Shown piece after piece: positions 42,101-56,200 of a DNA stretch of 64,000 nucleotides. The translations under genes and the position numbers were made by a program. The DNA lies in NCBI GenBank assembly GCA_964247055.1, contig OZ176060.1, positions 682,001 through 746,000 on the forward strand. Reading direction: 5' to 3'. Source of the stretch: Paragordius varius (taxonomy: Eukaryota > Animalia > Nematomorpha). Position 1 is the first letter of the stretch. Every line of letters begins with the position of its first letter. Below the pieces are notes generated by a model. It saw nothing but the letters and a program-made list of their open reading frames with translations. It was not told the DNA's origin and did no database searches.

Positions 42101-42804
42101 TATTAAATTTATTTTTTTAATTAAATTATTAAATTTATTATTTTAATGTAATTCTTTAATTTATAAAATTTTATTTTATATATTTTTATTTTTTAATAAT
42201 CAGCTGATCGAGAAAAATACTACAGACGATTATAAACCGAAAACCCCAGAATTTGGAAAAGGTAATAAAATAAAATATTAAAAAATTTTTTTTTAATTTT
42301 TTAATTTAATAATTTTTAATTTTTTTATATAAAATATTTTTTTAATTTTTTAATTTAAATTTATAAATATATTTTTTTTAAAATAATTTAATTTTTTTTA
42401 AATTAAATAATTAATTATAGAATATTTATATTTTTTTATCAAATTTTATAATTATTAAAATTAATATTTTTTTAAATTATAATATTTTTTATTCTTTAAA
42501 AAAACATTATTTTAATTTGATAATTAAAAAAATTATAACATTTTTATATTTTAAAAAATTTAAAAAATTTATAACATTTTTATTTTTAAAAAAAATTAAC
42601 AAATAAATACATAATATTTTTAAATATGATTTATTAAATAATTTTAAAAATTAAAATTGTTATTTTTATTTAATTTTGATAAATTATTTTTTTTAAAAAA
42701 AATTATATTTTTAAAATAAAATTTATTTATTATATATATATATATATATATATAATTTAATAATATTATTAAAAATTTAATATTTTAAAAAATTATAATT
42801 TTAT

Positions 42805-42848
<44 letters not shown>

Positions 42849-44186
42849 CATCATATAAATTTTCTTTTGACCGCCATTTTGAACATCAGCTGACGGAGAA
42901 ACCAGAAACTTCCACGAGGAAAATCAGTTTTTTAAAATTTTAAAATTAAAAATTATTTTAAAATTAATATTTTTTAAATATAAAAATTATAATTTATTTG
43001 TTTTTATATTGATATAATAATTTATAATATTTTATTAATTTTAAAATACAAAATCTTATAAAATTAAAAATTAATTTATATTTATAATATATTTATTTAA
43101 TTTATTTCTAAATTAAAAATTATATTTCATAATTATATATTTTATTATTTATATTCTATTATAATATTTGAATTATTATTTATTTAAATTAAAAATTAGT
43201 TTATTAAATATTAAATTTTTAATTTTAAATAATTTATTTTTCTTATTTTTTAAAATTAAAATTATAATTTTCACTTTTTTTGTGAATAAATATTAAATTT
43301 TAATTTATATATTTTATTATTGAATAATTAATTTTTTTATAATATTTATATAATAAATATTATTTATAAAATTTTTTAATTTATAATATTGTTGTTTTTA
43401 AATAAATATTAATATAAATATATTTTTAATATATAATTATTCATATTGTTGTTTTTAATTTTTATTTAAAATAATTTTTATATGTTTTATTTTATCGAAA
43501 ATAAATTATATATATTTTTGTAAATTTTTTTTAAAATTTTTTTAAAAAATTCTTTTTTTCTTTTTTTATTTTTTTATCAAATAATTTTTAAAAATAAATT
43601 TTTTATTAAATAAATATTTTAAATAAAAAATAAAATAATATTTTTGTTTTACAAAAAAAAATATTTATTTTTATTTTTAAATTTTAAACTAAATTTATTG
43701 AAGGTGCAGACAGCCAAAAATTTGATTTTGATGGAGGCCGCCATTTTGTCTTCCGCACTTCGACAGTCCAAGATTCGTCTACTCCAAGTAAAAAGTTTTT
43801 AAATTTATAAAGTTTATTTTTTAATTAATTTTTTTATATTAAAAAACAGCTGTTAATTAATTAAAATATAGTTATAATTATATATTTTAATAAATTTTTT
43901 TAACATAATATAAATTAATTTTTATTTTTAATTAATTTTTTGATTTTTTAAAAAAATATTTAACTATTTTTAAATCAAATTTGTCTTTAAGAATAATTTT
44001 ATTTAAAAAAAATTATTTTATTTAAAATATTATTATTTTAAAAATCTTATTTTATTTTTATTTTTAATTTTTTTTGTAAAACAGCTGTTTATTGATAACA
44101 TATTTTTCTAATTAAATTTTTATTTTTTTTATTTTTAATTAATTTTTTAGAACAGCTGTTTATTAATTAAATTTTTGTATATATAT

Positions 44187-44219
<33 letters not shown>

Positions 44220-47200
44220 TATATTATAAATTTTAATAAATTTTTTTAAAATAATATAAATTATTTTTATTTTTAATTAATTTTTTAATATTAAGAACAG
44301 CTGATAAAAAAATTTATTTATATTTTTAAAATAAAAAAATTTATTTTATAATTTTTAATTAATTTGTTATTTATGTTAATCAATAAAATGTTTAGATATT
44401 TTATTTATTAATTTTTTAAAATAATATATTTCATAAACAGCTGTTTATTAATAAAAATATTTTTTAGTTTATAATTTTTAAATAATAATAATTTTATTTT
44501 AAAAATAAAAAATAATATTTTTATTTTAAAAATAAAAAATAATAATTTTATAAATATAAAATTTTCTTTAAAAATATCAATAATTTTTGTTTAAGTTATT
44601 ATTATTTTACAAAATCCAATTTTTAATATTTTTAATTTATATGAATATTTATAAAAAAAAGCTGTAAAATTCTATATTTTTAAAAGTATTAAAAATTTTT
44701 ATTTAAATAAAAATTAATAATATAATTATTATTTGTTTATTTAATTTTAAAAATCAATAAATATAAATAAATTAACTTAAAATTATATTATTTAATATAA
44801 AATTATTTTTTATGTTTCAAATCAGCTGATAATATAATAATAAAATTTATATTTATAAAATATTATTTAGATTAATTTGAAAAAATAATTAATTTTATCT
44901 TAAAAACAGCTGCTTTTAAATAAACTATATATTTTTAAAACAGCATAATTAATAATATAAAAAATTAAAAATTGATAAAATTAAATATAAAAAATATATA
45001 ATTTAAAAAAAATTATTTTTAATAAATTAATTATTTTAAAAAAATTAATTAATTTTTTTTATTTTTAAACAGCTGATAATATAAATATTAATAATATAAA
45101 AAAATTAAAAATTAATAAATAACAAATATATAATTTTTAAAAAAACTATTTTTAATAAATTAAATATTTTATCAATAATTATTTTTCATTTTCAAAAACA
45201 ACTGCTGATTATTAAAAAAATATTTAATATTATATTTATATTTTCAAATAAATTTATAATTATATATTTATATAAATATTTTATAAAATATAATTATTAT
45301 AATTTAATAAATAAATTATTTTAAAAATAAATTTATAATTATTTTTTAAAAACAGCTGATAATATAATTATAAATTCTGGAATCGATAATGAATTAACGG
45401 ATATTGGAGGACGTTCTGAAAAAAATTTATATGAACAGGTGATTTAATTTAAAAAATTATTTTTTTTTTAAAAAAATAAAATTTTTAATTTATTAAATAA
45501 ATATTTTAATTTTTTTTAATTTTCTAAAAAAAATTTAAAAATAAATTTAAAAAAATAAAAAATAAAATTTTTTTATTTTGTTTAAATTAATTTTAAATTT
45601 TTTTAAAAATATTATTTATTTTTTTAAAAATATTATTTATTTAAAATATATTTATTAAAATTTATAATATTTTTTATTTAACAAAAATAATTATTTAATA
45701 TATATATTTTCTTAGATAAATAATTTTTATAAATTTATAAAAAAATTATTTTTTTCATATTATTTTAATTTATTTATTTTTTAATTATTTTTTTTATTTA
45801 AAATATATTTCAATATTTTATTTTTTTTTTTTATTATACAATTATTTTTATAAAAAATATATTTTTAAAATTAATTTTTTTATTCTTTTATTTTTTATTT
45901 TTTTTTAAAATTATTTTTTTTTAATTTTTTTATTTTGATTATGTTTAAATTTATTTTTTTTAAAACTATATATTTATTTAGATTGAAATTTATTTTTTTA
46001 TTTAAAAATTAAATATTTTTTAATTACTTTTGAATTAAAATTTAAAAAAGATTTAAAAAATAAAAAAATTGAAAAATTATTTTAAAATTTATTTTTAAAT
46101 TAATAAATAAATTTTTTTTTAATTATTTTTTATTTTTTTAATTTATTAATATTTAAAAATAAAATAAAAAAAAAATAAAAAATTTAAAAAAACTAAAAAA
46201 ATATATTAAAATTTATTTTTTAAATTTATTATTATTTTAAACAAAATAATAAAAAAATTATTTTAATTCATTAATTATTTTTAAATTTATTTTTTTAAAA
46301 AATAAAAAATTAAATTTTTTTTTTTTTAATTTTTTTATTTTTTATTTTAATTTTCCTTAGAACATTGAAAGCGATTGGCTTTCTGTCGGAAAGAATGGAA
46401 GTTCTGACGTGGCTTTCGCCCTTATCGATGAGATCGGTCATGACTCAGCTGTTTCGGTTATTAGGAACCCTGAAAAACAGCTGATCAAAGTTTCTAAAGT
46501 AATTTTAGAAAGTTTTTTTTTGAAAGAAATCTATAATTGTGACAAAAAAACGAAAAAAATTGATAAAAATTTAAAAAAATTCAAAAAAATGACAAAAACT
46601 GACAAAATTGAATAAAAATTGACTGAAACAGCTGATTTTGTAAAAATCTACAAAAAAACACCTAAACAGCTGTTCAAATCAAAAAGTTAAAATTTTAAAT
46701 TATTTTTAGTTTAAATTTTTCACAAAAAATTGAAATTAAATTGTGCACTCATCGATGAGATTGGACATGACTCAGCTGTTTCTGTCATCAGGAACCCTGA
46801 AAAACAGCTGATTAAAATTTCTAAGAAGGTTAGTTCAGAGAATTTTTTGAAAGAAATTATAAAAATGAAAATATTGATAAAAATTCAAAAAAACAGCTCT
46901 TTTTATTATAAATTTTAAGAAAAAAGGCTATTTTCGAAAGAAAAATACAAAAAAACGTACAAAATTAAACAAAAATTGTTTAAAACAGCTGTTTTGCTTA
47001 AAATTTCTAAAAACAGCTGATTTTTATATGATTCCAAATTTTAAAAATTTTGTACATTTATTGCCCTCATAGATGAGATTGGACATGACTCAGCTGTTTC
47101 GGTTATTAGAAACCCTGAAAAACAGCTGATCAAAGTAACTAAGAAAGTGATTAAAGTTTCGAAAAACATTTTTTATAAAGGAATTTGATATATTAAAACA

Positions 47201-50200
47201 GGTGTTATAATATTTTTATTTAAAAAAAGCTGTTTTTTGAAGAAAAATACAAAAAATGACAAAATATCGGACAAAATTGAAAAAAATTGTTTAAAACAGC
47301 TGATTTGGGCTAAAAATGTTGAAAATATATAATATCCGTGAAAAATTAAATTAAAATTGTTTAAACCAGCTGATTTTGCTCTTATAAAATTCACCTAAAC
47401 AGCTGTTTACATCAAAAAGTTTTAATTTAAAATTATTTTTAGGTTTAAATTTTTTACAAAAAATTGAAATTAAATTGTGCACTCATCGATGAAATTGATC
47501 ATGACTCAGCTGTTTCTGTCATAAGGAATCCTGAAAAACAGCTGATAAAGTTTTAAAGAAAGTAATTTCAGAATTTTTGTTAAAAAGAATTAAATATGTT
47601 TAATTTAAAACATTTGTTTTTGATATAATTCTTTAAAAAAAGGCTGTTTTTCTTGAAAATTTTAAAAAATTGACAAAAAATGACAAAATATTTATTAGTC
47701 AGCTGTTTCTTATAAAAAACCCTGAAAAACACCTGAAAGTCTCCAAGAAAGTAATTTAAAGTTTTTTTTAAAAAAAATCTATAATTGTGACAAAAAACGA
47801 AAATAAAATGAACAAACAGCTGTTTTCTGAACAAAAATACAAAATATCCGTGAAAAATTGAATAAAAATTGTTTAAAACAAGTGATTGGGCTAAAAATTC
47901 AAAAAAATGACAAAAACATACATTGAATAAAAATTGACTGAAACAGCTGATTTGAGTGAAAATTGTTAAAAAATCTAAAAAAAACAGCTGATAATACTGT
48001 AAAAAGTTTAAAAAACAAATTTATTAGATATTTTTTAAATTTTTTAAAAAAATGAAAGTTCTGACGTGGCTTTTGCCCTTATAGATGAGATTGGCCATGA
48101 CTCAGCTGTTTCTGTCATCAGGAATCCAGCTGAAAAACAGCTGATTAAAATTTTTAAGAAAGTAATTTTTCAAGATTAAAAGTTTGATAAAATCTATATT
48201 TGTGACAAAAAAACGAAAAAAAAACCGTCAAAAATTGATAAAAATTCTAAAAAAACAGCTGATCTGGGTTAAAAAAATTTATTATTACAAAAAAAAAATT
48301 AAGACCAAAACAGCTGATTTTGTAAAAATCCGACAAAAACAGCTGATAATACTGTTAAAAGTTTAAAAATCAAATTTATTTTAAATTTTAAAAAAATGGA
48401 AATTCTAGCTGAAAGACAGCTGATTAAGGTCTCCAAGAAAGTAATTTTGATGATAAAAAGTTTGATAAAACATTTTTTATGAAAAACAGCTATTTTCCAA
48501 AGAAAAATACAAAAAAACGTAAAAAATTAAACAAAAATTGTTTTAAATTCAAAAAAACGAAAAAAATTGATAAAAATTCATAAAAATTGATTGAAACAGC
48601 TGATTTGATAAAATAATTTAGAAAATACAAAATATCCAAAATCTAATAAAAATTGTTTAAAACAGCTGATTTTACCATTAAATCTACAAAAAACATCTGT
48701 TCACTCATAAAGATTTAATTAAAAATTATTAGAATTATTTCGGTTTAAATTTTTTGTTAAAAAAATTGTTGAAATAAAATTTTGCCCTCATCAATGAGAT
48801 TGGACATGACTCAGCTGTTTCGGTTATCAGGAACCCTGAAAAACAGCTGATTAAGGTCTCCAAGAAAGTAATTTTTAAAGATAAAAAGTTTGAAAAAACC
48901 TTTTATGAAAAAAAATGAAAAAATTGATAAAAATTCAAAAAAACAGCTGATCTGGGCTAAAAATTTTAAAAAGTGACAAAAACCGGGAAAAATTTAATAA
49001 AAATTGATTTTAAACAGGTGATAATTTAATTTACAAAAAACAGCTGATTATATCAAAAAGTTAAAATATAAATTTATTTTATTAATTTTCTCCAAAAGTT
49101 AGTTTAAGCTTTTGCCCTCATTGATGAAATTGGTCATGACTCAGCTGTTTCTGTCATCAGGAACCCTGAAAAACAGCTTTTTTCGGAAAAAAATGCAAAA
49201 AACCTTGAGAAATTGAATAAAAATTGTTTGAAACAGCTGTTTTTAATATATTTTTTCAAAAAAAGCTGTTTTGGTTAAAAAATAGAAAAAAAGCGTGAAA
49301 AATTGAATAAAAATTGTTTGAAACAGCTGATATGAGTTAAAATTGTTAGAAATACAAAATATCGGACAAAATTTTGTAAAAATTGTTTAAAACATCTGAT
49401 TTGGATTAAAAATGTTAATAAAACGGCTGTTCATTCATAAAATTAAAAATAATTAGATTTATTTATACTTAAATTTTTCGTAAAAAATAGTTGAAATAAA
49501 ATTTTGCCCTCATAGATGAGATTGGACATGACTCAGCTGTTTCTGTCATCAGAATCCAGCTAAAAACACCTGATTAAAGTTTCTAAAAAAGTAATTTTTG
49601 GAAAGTTTTTTTAAAAAAAATTAATAATTGATTGAAACAGCTGTTTTTAATATATTTTTTCAAAAAAAACTGTTTTCGGAAGAAAATTCAAAAAAACTGT
49701 GAAAAATTGAATAAAAATTGTTTAAAACAGCTGATTTGATAAAAAAAAAAAGAAAATATAAAAAATCCGACAAATATTGAATAAAAATTCATTGAAACAG
49801 CTGATTAAGTTAAAATTGTTAAATCTACAAAAAACAGCTGATAACACTGTAAAAAGTTTAAAAATCAAATTTATTGGATATTTTTTAAATTTTTTAAAAA
49901 AATGGAAGTTCTGACGTGGCTTTTGCCCTCATCGATGAGATTGGTCATGACTCAGCTGTTTCTGTCATCAGGAACCCTGCTGAAAAACAGCTGACTAAAG
50001 TTTCTAAAAAGGTGATTTTTAGAAAAAAAATTGATATCAAAATTATGAAAAAACGAAAAAAATTGATGAAAATTCAAAAAATTGATTAAAACAGCTGTTT
50101 TCGAAAGAAATATACAATATGTGAAAAATTGAATAAAATAGATCTACAATTAACTCAGCTGTTTCGGTTATTAGGAACCTTGAAAAAAAGCAGATTAAAG

Positions 50201-53200
50201 TTTCTAAGAAGGTTATTTTAAGTTTTTTGATAGAAAATGAAAAATATTTAATTAAAACAGCTTTTTTTGAAAGATAAATACAAAAAACCGTAAAAAATTG
50301 AATAAAAATTATTTGAAACAGCTGTTTCGGTTATTAGGAACCTTGAACAACAGCTGAACATAATTAAAAAAGTATTATTTAACATTTTTATTTTAAAAAA
50401 ATCTATTTTATAAAGGAATTTTATATATCAAAACAGCTGTTTTTAATATATTTTTTTTTAAAAAACTGTTTTTATTAAAAATGATCTGGGTTAAAATGTT
50501 TTAATTATGACAAAAACTGACAAAATTTGAATAAAAATCGATTGTAACAGCTGATTTTGTACAAATCAATAAAAACAGCTGATTTATATATGATTTAGAA
50601 TTTTAAAATAAAATTGTAATTTTATACATTTATTGCCCTTATCGATGAGATTGGACATGACTTAGCTGTTTCTGTCATCAGAAATCCAGCTGAAAAACAG
50701 CTGACCAAAGTACCTAAAAAGGTTATTTTAGAAAGTCTTTTGAAAGAAATTTGATTTTAAAAATAACTAAAAAAAATTAAAAAATAAAAAAAGGAATAAA
50801 GCAGCTGTTTTTTCATTAAAAATTGATAAAATTAGAACAAAAAGTGACAAAATTGAATAAAATATTGACTGAAACAACTGATTATGATAAATTAAAAAAA
50901 ATTTAACAAAACAGCTGTTTTTTTAAAAATTATAATTTGATAAAATTAAGTCTAAGTGTTAAATCAAAAACAGCTAATTAAAGATTTTTATAACGAAAAA
51001 CAGCTGTTTATGGAAGAAAAATATAAAAAAATTAAAGAATACAGCTCTTATCATATTTCTAAATCACCTGTTTTTATCATAAATCATGAGCAACAGCTGA
51101 TCACAAGTTTTTATGGTGATTTGTCAGTTGTATTAAAGGAAAAAAATTAAGATTTCCATAAAATTAAAAAAACAGCTGTTTTTCTAAAAAATGCAACATT
51201 ATGTTTATTTCAAGTCAGCAGTAGCTGATATATATATTTTAATAATCAAAATTTTATTTATATATTTTAAATAATCAAAATTATATATATATATATATAT
51301 TTTAGATATAAAAATTAAAATTATATATCATGGAAAATATTTTTTAAATAAATTATAAAATAATTTAATATCTTTTTTAATTTTCAAAACTATAAAATAT
51401 AAATTACTTAAAATTTAAATTTTGTAAATTTATAAATATATAATATCTTATATATAAATTTTAAGTAAACCTGTTTCTAATATGTATTAAAAAATTTATA
51501 TTATAAAATATTTTTTTGGATAAATTATTAAATAATATATTTAGTAAAATAATTATAAAATAAATTATTTTTCAAAAAATTATCAAAATTAACAAAAATT
51601 TATAAAATAAATTATTTTTTGGAAAAACTATCAAATAATTATAAAATAATTAAAACGATTATATATTCAAATAATATAATAATAAATGAATAATTTAAAT
51701 TTTTCAAATATATAATTAAAATTATAAATATTTTAAATTCTTCTTATAATTATTTTAGAAACCACTATCATCTGATGGAAATGCGAAATCAGTTGATCTG
51801 CCTCCTTTTTCGCACACATTCATCCCATCAGCTGCTGTTGACTTTAGAAAATTTCAAACAGCTGTTCCAACTAATAATATTGGAAATAATAATAATTTTC
51901 AAATTCCTACTGATTATGATTTTGGTATATAATTTTATGAACAGCTGATTTTTTAATAAATTTTATAAGACAGCTGTTTTAGATATATATATTTAATAAT
52001 TTAGCTGTTTCTATATAAATTTGCATCTTTGAAAAATATATTTGAAAACAGCTGTTTTTCTAAAAAAATTCAATAAGACATGAAAATTTTCAAATTCTTA
52101 CTGATTATAATTTTGGTATTTAACTATTTTTTTCATAAAACAGCTGATATCTTATTAAATTATTTGTCTAAAACAGCTGTTTTTAGATGGATATATATTT
52201 ATTAATATATTTTTAAAATTCATTTTAGTTAAAAATAAATTTAAATTTTTTTGAAAATAAAATATATTTTAAAAACAACTGTTTTTATTAAAAATTCAAG
52301 AACATTGATATTTTCAAATTCTTACTGCTTATGATTTTGGTATTTATATATTTTTTTTATAAAACAGCTGTTTTTTATTATTCTTAAACAGCTGTTTTAT
52401 ATAAATATATATATATTAATTATTTTGTTTAAATTTATTTATATTTATAAAACTTTTAATAAGCTGTTTCTATATATATATATCTTTTTAATATCTTTTA
52501 TTTTTATTTATATATATTTAATAGATAATAAAATACATTTTAACAGCTGTTTTTGTTTATAATTCACAAAACATAATAATTTTCAAATTCCTACTGATTA
52601 TGATTTTGGTATTTTTTTTATTTTTTTCATAAAACAGCTTATTTATTTTAGATTTTTAATAATTTAATTTTTTTTTAAAGAAACCGCTTCAGATAAATAT
52701 TTTTATATAATTGTATTATTTATATAATTATTGAACTTTTAAAACAGCTTTTTATATATTTATTAATATTTTGTTAACATTTATTTATATTAATATAAAT
52801 TTAATAAATTTTAATTTTTAAAAGATATATTTTAAAAACAGCTGTTTTTACTGATTATGTTTTGGCAATAAATTTAAAAACAGCTGTATATATATATATA
52901 TATTACATATAAATTATTCTTTTAACATCTTATTTATATAATTAATAATTTTATTTAAAACTTTTATTATATTCTTAATATATTTTTTATATATTTAATA
53001 TTTTATTTAAATTTTTAAAAATAATAGATATTTTAAAAACAGCTCATTTTCTAACAAATCAAATAAAAATGATAATTTTATAATTTATTTTATCGATTTT
53101 TTTAAAGAAAATTAAAATAATTTATATTAAATATAAATTAATTTATATAAAAAACAGCTGGCTTATTAAATTTTAATATTTTTTTAATTTAAAATAAAAG

Positions 53201-56200
53201 AATTAATTTTATAATAAAAATAAAGATAAAATATTTTTTTAAATATTAAAAAAACAGATAATTTATTAATTTAATTTAATAAAAAATATAAATTTTTTAA
53301 CATCAGCTGATAATAAAATCTCTTTAAAACAAATGATTATTTCACTATTGTTATAAAATTATGAAAATATTTTTTAATAAAAATTAATTAATTTTATATT
53401 AAAATTAAAAAACAGCTGATTTATAAAAAAAACAATTTAATTTTTTAAATTTTTTAAATATAACATAAAATAATTTATTATTTAATAAAAATGTTATAAA
53501 TAATAATATTAAAAAAATTATATATTTTCATAAAAAAGCAGCTGATTATTTAATTTTTTAAATTTTTTAAATTTAATAAATAATTTATAATTCTTAATAA
53601 AAATGTCTAAAAGTAATTTTTTTTTAATTTAATAGAAAATAAAAAAAACTTCGATAAAATAAATTTCTATATAAAAAACAGCTGTTTTATAAAAATTTTC
53701 ATTTTTAATTTAATATAGAATAATTTATTTTTGAATAAAAATTATATATTATTAAATTTATTTTTTTAATAAAATTATTTATTTATATAAAAAACAGCTG
53801 ATTTATAAAAAAATTAATTTAATTTTTTAATTTTATAGAAGAAATTGGGCATAATAGAAATTTCGAACAAACTTTTCAAAGGCCGAAACCTCTAACAGCT
53901 GGTTTTTTAATTTTTATATTTTTTAAAAAAATTTAAATATTTTTTAAAATTTGATATTTTTTTATTTTTATTCATTTTTGTCAATTTAGAAGTATTAATA
54001 ATTAATATTTAAAAAATATAAATTTATATAAAAATAATTTAGAATAAATATTAAATTTAATATAATTTTATTTAAAATTTATTTTTCTTTAAAAAATATA
54101 AACTTTAATAAAAATACATTAAATTCTTTTTTTATTATAATTTTTTAAATTTTTTATTGAAAATATAATATTTTTTAAATTATTATTAAATTTAATTTTT
54201 TAAATTTTTTTATTTTTTAATTTTTTAATTTTTTAATTTTTCTTTTGTATTAATAAATGAAAAAAAAAATTTTAAATATAATTTTAATTATTCAAATAAT
54301 TATATTTATATTTAAATTATTTTTATTTATATTTTTAAATTTTTTCTTAAAAAATAAAAAAATTAAAATATTTTTTTTTAAATATATTTTTAGATTATCC
54401 AAATTTTATTGATCATATTGGAAGTTCTCATTTTCAATCCACGAGGTTTTTTTATTTTTTAAATTTAAAGAATTTTTGAAATCAATATTTTGAATTTTAG
54501 AATAGTTTATGAATTATAATTTATCTTATTTTTACTTAATTTTAAAATTTATTTTTTAAATTATATTAAATAAATATTTTTAATTTTCCAAAAAAAACTA
54601 AATAAATACATATATTTTATGATTTCTCTCACCTGTAATTTATTTATTCAAATATTAAATTTTATCAAAAAAAGTTTCAAACAATATTTATTAATATTTT
54701 ACAAATTTAATTTTTTAAAACTAATTAATTAATTTTTCATAATTTTTTTATTTAAAAAAAAAATTTAATTTTTACTTTTAGGATTATTTATTTAAATTAT
54801 TTTCGAAAAAAAAAATTTTGCATATTTTATTGAATTGAAATAAATATTTTATTATATTTTTTTATTGAAAATTTTTTAAAATTATGTTTCAATACAATAA
54901 AAAATATATTTATAAATTTTTTTGAAATTCTAAAAAAATATTTTAATTTTTATTATATCAAAAAATTAAATATTAAATATATTTTAATATATTTAATATT
55001 AAATTTAAAAAAATATTTTAAAATTCTATATTTTAATAAAATTAATTATATATTTTTAAATAAAAATTAAATATTCATATTAAAATTAATAAGAAATATT
55101 TTTTTTATAAATTTTTTTTTAAAAAATTCTATTTTTTAAATATTTAAATTCTACTTTTAAAAAATTATTTAAAATCTTTTTTTGAAAAAAAAGCTAAAAA
55201 AAATATATTTGATTTTTTAAGATTATGAAAATTATTTTTAAAAATATATTTTCTTTAATTTTTTATTTTATATAAAAAAATAAAATTTAGAAATTTTAAT
55301 ATTATTAGTTTTAAAAAATTATAAAAAAAAATTTTTTTATTAAAAAATAATTTTTTTAGTATTGAAACTCAAAAACCTTTCTCACCTGATTTATTATTGC
55401 CGAGATCAGCTGTTCCCCTAACTGCAAAAAGTGTGAAAAGGTGATTTTAAATTAAATTTAAAAATTATATAAAAATTAATATTTATTAAAAATTAAATAT
55501 TTTATTAAATATTTATTTAAAATTAAATATTTAAAAATTGAATATTAATTTTTAAATATTTAAAAAATAATTTTAATATTAAATTAATTATTATATTAAA
55601 ATTTATTTAAAATATTTATATATCTTTTAAAACAAAACTATAAAATATTAAAAATTTAAAATAATTTATTAGTTTATTAAAAGTAAAAAAAATAATATAT
55701 AATATTTATTTATCAATCATTTTAAAATTAAATAATTTAATTATATGTATTTATATTAATTTAGAAAATTTTTTTAATTTTTTTTCAATATTTAAAATTT
55801 TTTTGTATTTTTTAATTTTTTTAATAATTTTTATATTTATTTAATTAAATATATCAGAATATTATATCTTTTAAAAAATTTTAAATTTTTTTAGTTTTTT
55901 GAAATTTTTTATTTTAATTTTTTTTTTATTTTTAATAATTTTTGGTAATATTATTAATTCAAATATTTTAATTTTACGAAAAAATATTTTTTAAATACTT
56001 TTTTTTAATAATAAAAATTAATTTATTTTTTAAATTTTTTAGTTTTTTTAATTGTATTAATTTTATTTTTAAATTTTTTTGTTTTTGTTAATTTTAAAAT
56101 ATTTTTTTAATTATTTTTATATTTTAAAATAATTTAGTATTTTGCAAATTATAATTTTTTATTTTTTTTATTTTTTTATTTTAATTTTTTTTTTAATATT

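Noticed and set aside
46730-48366. Track ORFs at 46730, 47173, 47580 and 48184 as independent genes
   Set aside because: They are read-through or antisense frames of the exon 21 echo array. The 46730 frame has an in-frame TAA at 46712-46714 right after the only nearby AG.
51205-51230. Possible 6-nt microexon tttcaag|TCAGCA|gtagct
   Set aside because: It is frame-neutral and not required by the model, and there is no evidence without cDNA.
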